NCBI GenBank assembly: GCA_050181465.1
Contig: JBFXDD010000005.1
Location: 22,673-86,672, forward strand
DNA: 64,000 nucleotides
Origin: Planctomycetota bacterium
GTDB lineage: Bacteria > Planctomycetota > UBA1135 > UBA2386
Direction: 5' to 3'
Each line of letters begins with the position of its first letter. Within the stretch, counting starts at the first letter, position 1. The notes beneath the pieces were generated by a model. The model had not been told where the DNA came from. It did not search any database and saw only the letters and a program-made list of their open reading frames with translations. Below are positions 40,076 to 48,782 of the stretch, piece by piece. A program made the translations under genes and the position numbers.

Positions 40076-41203
40076 GTGTCGACGTCGCTGTACGTTCATG
40101 TCCCGTTCTGCGTAGTCAAGTGCGGCTACTGCGACTTCAACAGCTATGAGGTCGCGGATGAGCAGGTGCACGATCGCTTCCTGGACGCCCTGGACCGGGA
40201 GTTGGAGATGCGATGGAAGCACAAGCGGCCGATCTCCATATTCGTCGGAGGGGGAACCCCCACGTACTTGTCCGCTTCGAGATTCGCCCGGCTCTGGGAA
40301 GTCCTGAGCGCCCACGTGGAGATCGCACCCTCGATCGAGGTAACCGTAGAGTGCAATCCAGAGAGTCTCTCAGCGGAGAAGGCTCGAGTCGCCCGCTCTT
40401 TCGGCGCCAACCGTGCAAGCGTAGGCGCGCAGTCATTCGACGAGAGATTCCTTCGACAACTCGATCGCCCGCACGACGCGGAGAGCGTTCGCCGCGCGGT
40501 CTCGGTTCTGAGAGATGCTGGTTTCGACAACATCAGCATCGACATGATCCATTCGCTACCCGGACAGACGATCGACGAGTGGATGCACGACATCGACCGA
40601 GCGATCGAGCTTCAGCCTGATCACATTTCGTGCTACGCCCTGACTATCGAGAAGGGGACGCGTTTCTACAGGGACTGGGAAAAGGGAGTTCTGGAAGCGG
40701 CAGATGAAGACGTCGATCGCGAGATGTTCACGCGCACGCGAGAGCGTCTGGCAGAAGCCGGCTACGAGCCTTACGAGATCAGCAACTTCGCCGGTCGCGG
40801 TGGACCCTGTCGTCACAACGATCACTATTGGCAGCAGGGCGAGTACACTGGAGTCGGACCTGGCGCATCGAGTCATCGTGACGGTTGGCGAACCACCAAC
40901 TTGAAGCCGGTCGATTCCTGGGCAGCGAGTCTGGAGCGCGGCCTTCCACCTACTGGAGAGGCCGAGTTGCTCACAATCGGTCGACGATTGGGCGAGGCCA
41001 TGTGGCTGGGACTGCGGCGGCGAGACGGCGTAGACATGCGTGCGGTGTCCGATCGGCTCGGAATCGACGCAGTGGCGATGCTCGAGGACCGTATCGCGAG
41101 ATCTTGCGAGAACGGCTGGGCGGAGTGGCGTGGCTCTCGGCTGCGCCTGACGACAAAGGGCATTCTCGTCGCCGATGCGATCGGTTCGAGTTTCCTCCAT
41201 TGA
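40076..41203 (+). CDS. hemW: Radical SAM heme chaperone HemW (HemN-like)
   Basis: LYVHVPFCVVKCGYCDF, GGGTP, ECNP, YEISNF, HN..YW. Confidence 0.88.
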   Translation: MSTSLYVHVPFCVVKCGYCDFNSYEVADEQVHDRFLDALDRELEMRWKHKRPISIFVGGGTPTYLSASRFARLWEVLSAHVEIAPSIEVTVECNPESLSAEKARVARSFGANRASVGAQSFDERFLRQLDRPHDAESVRRAVSVLRDAGFDNISIDMIHSLPGQTIDEWMHDIDRAIELQPDHISCYALTIEKGTRFYRDWEKGVLEAADEDVDREMFTRTRERLAEAGYEPYEISNFAGRGGPCRHNDHYWQQGEYTGVGPGASSHRDGWRTTNLKPVDSWAASLERGLPPTGEAELLTIGRRLGEAMWLGLRRRDGVDMRAVSDRLGIDAVAMLEDRIARSCENGWAEWRGSRLRLTTKGILVADAIGSSFLH

Positions 41204-41370
41204 CGAGATCGGATAGCAGTTCAACGGATCGAGGCCCCATCGGCACCGGAGGGTGCCCGACGGCCTCGCTGATCCAGTCTGCGTTTCCCAGGCGAGCATG
41301 CGGCGCTCTCGCGAGGTATCGACGCCCCCTCCGTGGTGAACCTCAGCCCTGCGGCAGACGCCGATCTCGC

Positions 41371-42114
41371 TCAGACTCCTAGCGACAGGCGATCCGCCAG
41401 CACACTTGGGAGCCCGGCGCGGCGAATCTTGGCCTGCGTGGCGGCGATGTCATAGTCCACGCGTTCTACGGTCACTTTCTGCGTCGCGGAGTCGTAGATG
41501 GCGAACGCGGCCCGCGGGTCCTCGTCGCGAGGTTGGCCAACACTACCGACGTTGATGAGGGTTCGGTCCCAGTCGGTGATATCGATATCGAACTGCGATT
41601 CGTAGAGACACTGAAGGTCCTTGGGACCGCCACCCAAGTTGTGAGTGTAGGCAGCCGGAATATGCGAGTGGCCGACGAACGCAATCTTCGTTCGCTGTTT
41701 GGAAATCGACTCGGCCGCCTCCACCGGCGAAAAGACGTAGCCAAACTGTTCGGGCAAGTGCAGCGATCCGTGAACAACCGTGTAAAGGGGATGCTCCACC
41801 TTCAGTGGGAGACTTCTCAGATATTCGAGGTCGCTGTTCCGCAGTTGCCCCCGGGTCCATTCGATCGCCTTCCGAGCGAAGTGGTTGAAGTAGTCTGTCG
41901 GTACGAAGCCGACGACCGCCGCATCGTGGTTTCCGAGGCAAACCGTACAGCGGAGGCTCTGAATAATCTCCAAGCACGGAATGGGATCCGCTCCATATCC
42001 GACGATGTCACCGACCTGCACCCAGTGGTCGATCTCGCGCTCACGCAATCGATCGACGACCGCTGTGAGAGCCTCCAGGTTGCTGTGGACATCGCCGAGG
42101 ACAGCTATACGCAT
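41371..42114 (-). CDS. Calcineurin-like metallophosphoesterase
   Basis: GDVHSN, GDIVGYG, GNHD, HGS, GHSH, NVGSVGQPRD. Confidence 0.92.
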   Translation of the reverse strand: MRIAVLGDVHSNLEALTAVVDRLREREIDHWVQVGDIVGYGADPIPCLEIIQSLRCTVCLGNHDAAVVGFVPTDYFNHFARKAIEWTRGQLRNSDLEYLRSLPLKVEHPLYTVVHGSLHLPEQFGYVFSPVEAAESISKQRTKIAFVGHSHIPAAYTHNLGGGPKDLQCLYESQFDIDITDWDRTLINVGSVGQPRDEDPRAAFAIYDSATQKVTVERVDYDIAATQAKIRRAGLPSVLADRLSLGV

Positions 42115-42287
42115 GCTACGAGTGGGTGACGAGGTAGCAGAGTAGCCCCCTACCTGCATGAGTGCCTCCAGTGATGCGGGCAAATCTTGCCGGAGCGTGA
42201 TCCCGCGTGCGACATCAAGGACGCCCTGCTCCGCCGCGTCGACACTCGAGTCATTCCCCGGACGACGTCACGAGCTCCGACCCACCG

Positions 42288-42986
42288 TCATGGCTCAGAT
42301 CGTGGGGTCCCCGCGTGACTCGATTTCAAACCGGCCCACAGCCGGGGGGACACGGCAAGCGCGAGGCAGACTACACCAGCGACGGAAAGCGCGGCTGGGA
42401 GCCAAGGCTCGCCCAGCCCGACAACGGAGAATGGTTGACTTGAAGGAAGGCTCGGCCACGCGTCTCGCAGCCGAGGGACCAACACAACCAAGCCGGCGAG
42501 GCCAACAGCGTTCCTCACGTCACTTCTTCGGATCGCCGCCGCGGCCGAACTCCAAGCACCGACCGTTACGGCGGCCAACACCGCGATCAGGATCAGCCGA
42601 AGGAGAGAATACGGTTCCATCGGATGTCCTAGCGACATGCGGATTAGCGTAATCGATGCAGAGTACGCCAGAGTGATCACCGCTAGGCCCGCGGATCTCC
42701 CAAGAATGGCGGCCAGAGTGGCCACCAGTGGCAATCGGCACCGACTCCGTTCGAAGCGATCGCGAAACTCACTCCCACCCTGCAGAACCAAGAAAGCGCC
42801 CACCGAGGCAAGCAGGAGAGAGGTGTCGACGAAGCTCTGGCTTGAGAAATGAACCCCACGTCTCGCAAGGTCGACCGGCTCGAACCCCAGGGTCATCGCG
42901 GCGGTCGCCGCACCCACCCCAACCAGCAATACCCCAGATCTGCGGAATGCGAGCTTCAGATCGCATGCTGCGAGACGAAGCAGCAT
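42288..42986 (-). CDS. Hypothetical multi-TM membrane protein (ABC-2 permease-like topology)
   Basis: About six hydrophobic segments; atypical codon usage; no diagnostic motif. Confidence 0.45.
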   Translation of the reverse strand: MLLRLAACDLKLAFRRSGVLLVGVGAATAAMTLGFEPVDLARRGVHFSSQSFVDTSLLLASVGAFLVLQGGSEFRDRFERSRCRLPLVATLAAILGRSAGLAVITLAYSASITLIRMSLGHPMEPYSLLRLILIAVLAAVTVGAWSSAAAAIRRSDVRNAVGLAGLVVLVPRLRDAWPSLPSSQPFSVVGLGEPWLPAALSVAGVVCLALAVSPRLWAGLKSSHAGTPRSEP

Positions 42987-43425
42987 GGCCGAAGCCGCCT
43001 GGTGATCCGGTCGCATGTGTGCACGATACAGGGAAGCCGATTCGATGAGGAACCCCGTCGGTCCGGATCAGAAGGACTCTCGAGGCCGCAGTCGAGTCGG
43101 AGCGTGCTCGGGGATCAAGTCCCGCTCGACGTTGTCGCCGCGTCCCGCTGGCCTCCTATGAGGTGAAGGTTGGCTCCCGGGTCACGGAGAATCCTGGGTG
43201 ATCGCAGATCCACCGGTCGGCAGCCATCTGCCACTCTCCTGAACATTGACGACGGGTCACGTCTCGAACGGTGCGAGCAAGTTGTTCGCTGGCCCATCCC
43301 ACAACCAATCCGCCAGCCGAGTACGGCTCCGAATCGATCGAGTCGGAACGTGTGCGCCCACTACTGGTGAAGACAGCGCTGAGAGTGGTCGGCATGACTC
43401 TCACCGTCTGCCAAAGGAGGCACGA

Positions 43426-43441
43426 CGTTCCACGTGAAACC
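43426..43441. promoter_or_regulatory. parS centromere site upstream of parA
   Basis: cGTTCCACGTGAAACc, 14/16 match to TGTTNCACGTGAAACA. Confidence 0.85.
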
Positions 43442-43491
43442 GTCGCCTTCCTGAGAGATGATGTCGCGTGTCGCGGCAACCGAAAAAGACC

Positions 43492-44223
43492 ATGCGCTCC
43501 ATCGCACTTGCCAACCAGAAAGGCGGCGTGGGCAAGACCACAACCGCGGTCCACTTGGCCCACGGGATTGCCCTCACCGGCGCGTCCGTGGTGCTCCTGG
43601 ATCTCGACCCGCAGGGGAACGCCACCCTGGGGGTGGAGGGGATGCTCCGCGAGGAGGGCGACGTCACCGATGATTCGAACCCGTTCTCGGTGTTGTCCGC
43701 TCTTCAGGATGGGCTCTGGATCCTTCCGTCGCCCGGTGCTCGACGCAACATAGACCGGAATACCGTGCCGGACACGAAGCGCCTTGTCTCGCTCAGTGAG
43801 GCTCTCGAGGGCAAGGGAGTGCAGTGGCTAATTGTCGATTGCCCGCCTCGAATGGACGCTTGGGGGTACGCTGGCCTCCAACTGTGCCGCGAAGTGATTC
43901 TGCCCGTGCAGGCCGAGTTCTTCGCGATGCACGGACTCAGTCAGATGATTCAAACCTTGAGGACCGCCAGAAAGCAGTACCCGGGGCGAGCGGATCTGCT
44001 CGGCGTTCTCCCGACCATGGTGGATCGGCGGGAGTCGATCACAGCGGAAGTCCTGGTCAACCTCACCCGAACCCTGGGAAGCGGCCTGATGAAGAGCACC
44101 GTCTCCAGAGATCCAACCTTCGTTGAGGCAGCGAGCCACGGAAAGACTCTCTTCAGTTATCGTCCTGACGCCAAAGGTGCTCTGGCCTACGCAGAACTCG
44201 TGCGAGAAGTGATCCATGGTTGA
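43492..44223 (+). CDS. parA: Chromosome partitioning ATPase ParA (short, divergent)
   Basis: NQKGGVGKTT, DLDPQGNAT, DCPP, EAASHG; overlaps parB start. Confidence 0.92.
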   Translation: MRSIALANQKGGVGKTTTAVHLAHGIALTGASVVLLDLDPQGNATLGVEGMLREEGDVTDDSNPFSVLSALQDGLWILPSPGARRNIDRNTVPDTKRLVSLSEALEGKGVQWLIVDCPPRMDAWGYAGLQLCREVILPVQAEFFAMHGLSQMIQTLRTARKQYPGRADLLGVLPTMVDRRESITAEVLVNLTRTLGSGLMKSTVSRDPTFVEAASHGKTLFSYRPDAKGALAYAELVREVIHG

Positions 44224-45088
44224 ACGAAAACTCGGTCGAGGTCTCGACTACTTCCTGTCCGGCTCTCCGGATACCGCCGCGGACTCTGAGGCTGTCGTCC
44301 AGCTCGAGGTCGGCCGGATCAGCGCCAATCCCTTCCAGCCAAGAAGGATCTTCCCGAAGGAGGAGCTCGAGTCGCTCGCGGCCTCGATTCGCTCCAGCGG
44401 GATCCTGCAGCCGGTGCTCGTTCGTCCTGTGGGGGATCGGTTCCAGCTCATTGCCGGCGAACGCCGCTGGCGGGCCAGCCAACTTGCGGGACTCGAGCGA
44501 ATCCCCGCGATCGTTCGGTCCGTTTCCGACGATCAGGCCTCCATCTTCGCTCTCGTAGAGAACCTGCACCGCGAGGACCTAAACCCAATCGACAAGGCTG
44601 TCGCGTTCCAGCAAATTCACTCGCGCATGGGAGGGACGCTGGACGAGCTTGGAAGGCAGGTCGGGCTCGAGAGGAGCACCGTTTCGAACTTGCTCCGACT
44701 TCTCGAATTGCCCGAGGAGACCCAGGCTCTCGTTTCACGTGGAACCCTGAGCATGGGGCAGGCCCGGGCGATTCTTGGAATCAACGATCCGGAAGCGCAG
44801 CGCCTCTTGGCTGACAAGGTGGTCCGCGAGCGGATGAGCGTTCGACAGGTCGAGGCGCTTGTTCAGGAGATGAAGCAGGGGGTGCCCCGCACCGGTGGGG
44901 CCGGGGAACAGGGTCCATCCAAAGGTCGGCCGCTATGGGTCAAGGAAGTGGAGGAGACCCTGACCGCAAGGATTGGTGCAAGAGTGACCGTCAAGTACGG
45001 TCGCAAGCGATCAAAGATCTCGATCGAGTGCGTGGGTCGCGAGCAGTTCGAGAGAGTGTACGGGCAGCTCAAGCACAGCAGCGAGTGA
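44216..45088 (+). CDS. parB: Chromosome partitioning CTPase ParB
   Basis: LGRGL, NPFQPRR.F, GILQP, AGERRWRA, ENL.REDLNPI, HTH RSTVSNLLRL. Confidence 0.96.
   Translation: MVERKLGRGLDYFLSGSPDTAADSEAVVQLEVGRISANPFQPRRIFPKEELESLAASIRSSGILQPVLVRPVGDRFQLIAGERRWRASQLAGLERIPAIVRSVSDDQASIFALVENLHREDLNPIDKAVAFQQIHSRMGGTLDELGRQVGLERSTVSNLLRLLELPEETQALVSRGTLSMGQARAILGINDPEAQRLLADKVVRERMSVRQVEALVQEMKQGVPRTGGAGEQGPSKGRPLWVKEVEETLTARIGARVTVKYGRKRSKISIECVGREQFERVYGQLKHSSE
44731..44746. promoter_or_regulatory. parS site inside the parB coding sequence
   Basis: cGTTTCACGTGGAACc, encoding VSRGT. Confidence 0.8.
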
Positions 45089-45902
45089 GCCCGTCTCTGC
45101 GCAGCCAACTGGCGTGACTGCGAGTCGGCAGCACGCGCCGGCCCGAGATCGTGCCATCCAGCCCGTGAGGCAGGACGGTCCGCTCGGACGACAGGCAGTC
45201 TGCAGACCATGAGCGGCCTGCCTCGTTCTCCTTGGAGAAACAGGCAGGCCTCTCAAGTGGTCGTCATCTTCCTTGGCTCAGTGCAGAACGTTCGGTCGGA
45301 CTCAGTCCTGGCGAAGTAGTAGCTCGAGACCGGCGGAGCGAAGAGAGAGGATGCGGAACCTGAGGCCGTGGAGCGCGCGGCCTCGCTCGCTGAAGTCGGT
45401 AGCGTCTGGTCGTCCCCCGCGCGCGGACACCCAACTCAGAGACGCCCAGGGAGACTCGCCAACTGATCGACTCAGACTTCAGGCCGAGCGGTGGCTCGAA
45501 CACCAAGTGGACCAGCCTGAGGAGACTCGATTTCGATAGCGACACGCCGGGCCAGTGCAATTCTTATTCGTTGCACCGTAATACGATCCCTGGGCCGGTG
45601 GGACCTCTTCCCACGCAGTGGCGGTGGTTGTTCGGTTCGAGCCGACCTAGAGCGATCGCGGAACGCGTGCCGTCAGCGCGTTCGGCGAACGCGACGTTGC
45701 AGTGGGTTCGCGATGCGACTGTCGCCCTGAGGTGGACCGCTTGGAACCGGTCGGTGCTCTATCGCACCGAAGTTCCGGCTGATCTCCGAGCCAGCATGGC
45801 GCTGTTGCGCGAGGGATGAACTACGGCACACGGGGCGAGGAGACGTGCGTGCTCGACTCTACCTCTCCCACGCCAGTTGCCGATCTCCGCCCGGTCGCAG
45901 CC

Positions 45903-47159
45903 CTATTCGACTTTGATCGACTTGATCGTGAACGCCTGAAGGGGACGCCCGCGGCCAGCGGTTCGTGCCGCGTCGTCTACAAACTCGGCGTCGACGATCT
46001 CACGAACGACATCCATCCCTTCGATCACGCGACCGATGACCACGCGCTGACCGTCCGCGAGCCGCGCTTCGTCCTCTGCGTTGATGTAGACGCGCTCGAG
46101 GTTGACCTTCCCTTCGCCGGCCGACTCCAGCGAAACCGAGAAGGGGAAGTGGCTCACCCCGGAATCCATGTAGTCCGCCTTGTGCTCGTCGCTGGGATCC
46201 GCGGCCTTCCAGTTGGCACGATCCTCGTCCTTCGAGCTCTGCCACCCAAAGACGAAGTGGCTCGGCGACGCACGCGACGTCTCCGTGCTCGGCGAACGCT
46301 CCAACTGATGCACGCGCTGCCCGACCCACCAACCGCCGTCGCTCGCACACAGTTCGAGGAACTTGGTCACGAGCTCGGGGCTCCGCGTTGCGAAGAACTT
46401 GATCTTGATCGATCCGGCACCCTCGAACTCGAAGGTGGCGGTCCGTTCGGAATCCGGCTCCGGCGCGGCGAAGAACTCCTTCTGCTGCTCGTGGAAGGCG
46501 CGATCCGCGGCGATCTTGCTGCGGAACGCGGCGATGGGACTCCCGGCCACGGGAGGTAGCAGTTCCGGCGCAACACCAGGCTTGCGCTCGGGCTTCTTCT
46601 CACCCTCGGGAGTGGGCACCTCGTCTCGCCACTGAACTGGATAGGCCGATGCGACACAGAGAAAGTGCTTGGCGAATCGCTTCTCGAGCTCACTCAGCCG
46701 GGCTTCGGCCTCGGTGAAACGTTGCTTGGTGTGTTCGTGGCCAGCGAGGGTCCACAACGCCAACGGGGCTCGCGCGTCGGTCCCGGCGGCCAACTTCTCC
46801 AGCTCTGCGACCTTCACGTCGGAGAGGGCTTCATCGAAGTCAGAAACCAAAGCCTCGCGGCACGATGAGATGTAGCTGCCGAGGAAGTCCGGGTTCTGCT
46901 TGACGAACTGCTCGTAGAACGACCAGTTCTCGTGCGGCTTGCTGTACCCGGCCACCAAGTTCGCCGAGCTCGAGAGCGCAGACCATGCCGAGTCCGTGGC
47001 GCGGCGGTCCTGGTAGCGGAGGAAGTAGTGCAGCCCGATCGCCACCGCAGCGGCGATCAAGCCCGCGAAGACGATGCGCTTGTTCTTGTCCCAGAACAAT
47101 TCGAGTCGGCCGGGTCCTTCGATCGGCGCGGGAGTGACGGGAGCAACGTTCTGACTCAT
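45903..47159 (-). CDS. YfgM/TPR-like membrane-anchored protein fused to a degenerate cyclophilin-type PPIase domain
   Basis: FWDKNKR plus TM helix; TPR-like helices; C-terminal GSIKIKFF..RSPELVTKF and DGQRVVIGRVIEGMDVVREI. Confidence 0.75.
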   Translation of the reverse strand: MSQNVAPVTPAPIEGPGRLELFWDKNKRIVFAGLIAAAVAIGLHYFLRYQDRRATDSAWSALSSSANLVAGYSKPHENWSFYEQFVKQNPDFLGSYISSCREALVSDFDEALSDVKVAELEKLAAGTDARAPLALWTLAGHEHTKQRFTEAEARLSELEKRFAKHFLCVASAYPVQWRDEVPTPEGEKKPERKPGVAPELLPPVAGSPIAAFRSKIAADRAFHEQQKEFFAAPEPDSERTATFEFEGAGSIKIKFFATRSPELVTKFLELCASDGGWWVGQRVHQLERSPSTETSRASPSHFVFGWQSSKDEDRANWKAADPSDEHKADYMDSGVSHFPFSVSLESAGEGKVNLERVYINAEDEARLADGQRVVIGRVIEGMDVVREIVDAEFVDDAARTAGRGRPLQAFTIKSIKVE

Positions 47160-47207
47160 GGCGTGAGAGATTCTGAAGTGCGGTGGAAACCAGCGCGACG
47201 TGCAGTG

Positions 47208-47615
47208 TCAGTTTGGTGTCCGGAGATCGATTCGCAGGCGAGTCACGGAACCTTCGCGTGAGAGCTTGCAGGTCGCCTGATGAGGGTGTCGGTCGAACAC
47301 CAGTTCCGCGCCCGACGCGTCGCGGGCGTCCCGAACCAACTCCCAGCCGTGCCCGGGAAACCGCGCAGTCAGGTAGCTCGCAACCTCTTCGACTGACGGA
47401 TTCCCGAAGTAGTGGAGCTGCGCCACCCGAAAACGACCGGCCTCGTAGCTATGGCTCTGGTTCAGGCCGGTGAGAAGAGTCATCCCGTCGGGCACGGGGA
47501 TATCGGCCAGTTGGACCGGGCTCAAACCGGAGGCCGCCTCGGTGGAGCCGTCGCGGTCGACGCCTACACAGGCCGCACCGGTCAGCAGCAGCAACGCTCC
47601 GAGGTGACACTTCAT
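47208..47615 (-). CDS. Hypothetical lipoprotein
   Basis: Signal ending GAAC; DIPVPDG; GW motif. Confidence 0.75.
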   Translation of the reverse strand: MKCHLGALLLLTGAACVGVDRDGSTEAASGLSPVQLADIPVPDGMTLLTGLNQSHSYEAGRFRVAQLHYFGNPSVEEVASYLTARFPGHGWELVRDARDASGAELVFDRHPHQATCKLSREGSVTRLRIDLRTPN

Positions 47616-48132
47616 GCGATGGATCTCGACGGGGTGGGGATGGATTGGGCCGAACCACTCATGCTAGCCGCGGGACGCCGGGAGTCCTAGGTCGGGATGT
47701 TCAGCCCACCGCCATCGCCTCCTTCCGCCGGCTCCGGAGTTCGCCACTTTCGGCGAGGAGAAGCGCGATCCGCAGCGCCAATCGATACGACGTTCACACG
47801 GCTCGAATCCCGCCGACCGGGCGGGCCGACCCCTGGTCCCAACGCTGGATCCGCAACGCCAACAGGGAAGAACTTCCACGAGTCGACCCGCGCTACGACG
47901 ATCCCTGGCCCGACCATTCGCCGCGCGCCCGGACCCGACCGTGGTCGGCGACGACTCGACCCGCCGGACCGGTCGCTCCGACCCGCAGCGGTCGCAGCGA
48001 TCGAGAGAGGCCGCGCTGCCAGGCGGACCCTGGACCCGCGGCTGCGGAGACACCCGTCACCGCCAGCTCGATGGCTAGACTCTAGCCCCCCGCGAGATTC
48101 GATCTCGGGCGGGTGCCCCCACAACGTGCGCC

Positions 48133-48744
48133 ATGCAGACACCCCACGCGGATAGCCACAGCGCGCTGGACCGCCCGACCCTGGTGCTGAACCGTTCCTG
48201 GGTCCCGGTGCACGTAACCGCTGTGCGCCGGGCGATCTGCATGGTGTGTTCTGGAGTCGCGCAAATCGTCGACCCGGGTCCGCTCACTCTCCACGATCTG
48301 GCGACATGGATACGCATGGTGCCCGACGACAATGCGCCGGGTATCCGATCCGCAGCTCGGAGATTTCGCGTGCCGGAGATCGTGCAGCTGCATGAGTACG
48401 ACCGAGTTCCGTCGATCGAAGCTCCGTTCACCCGACAGAACCTGTTTCGTCGCGATGATCACCGTTGTCAGTATTGCGCGGCCAAGCCACCACATTCACA
48501 ACTCACGATCGACCATGTGATTCCTCGAGCTCGCGGTGGGCGAACGACATGGGAGAATTGTGTGGTTGCGTGTGTTCGTTGTAATGCTCGAAAGGGTGAC
48601 CGCGCATTACCGATCCACGGCATGCGGCTCCTGCGCGTCCCGAGAGCGCCCAGGTGGTCGCCGTGTCTCAATATTCGTCGCGACGATTGGCCAGGCTCTT
48701 GGGGCCAGTTCCTCGGCGACCGCTCGAGCGCCACTGGATCTTGA
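48133..48744 (+). CDS. HNH endonuclease (McrA-like)
   Basis: LVLN, RD..RCQYC, TIDHVIPR.RGG...WEN.V.AC..CN..KG. Confidence 0.93.
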   Translation: MQTPHADSHSALDRPTLVLNRSWVPVHVTAVRRAICMVCSGVAQIVDPGPLTLHDLATWIRMVPDDNAPGIRSAARRFRVPEIVQLHEYDRVPSIEAPFTRQNLFRRDDHRCQYCAAKPPHSQLTIDHVIPRARGGRTTWENCVVACVRCNARKGDRALPIHGMRLLRVPRAPRWSPCLNIRRDDWPGSWGQFLGDRSSATGS

Positions 48745-48782
48745 GATCTCAGGCGCTTCCCACCAAACAACCGATCCCAACG

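Noticed and set aside
43017-43425. Short ORFs or oriC upstream of parA
   Set aside because: ORFs look non-coding, and I saw no DnaA-box cluster or AT-rich unwinding element.
48051-48121. Canonical tRNA gene
   Set aside because: 5-nt T loop, no proper 7-nt anticodon loop, no D-loop GG; kept only as a tRNA-like finding.
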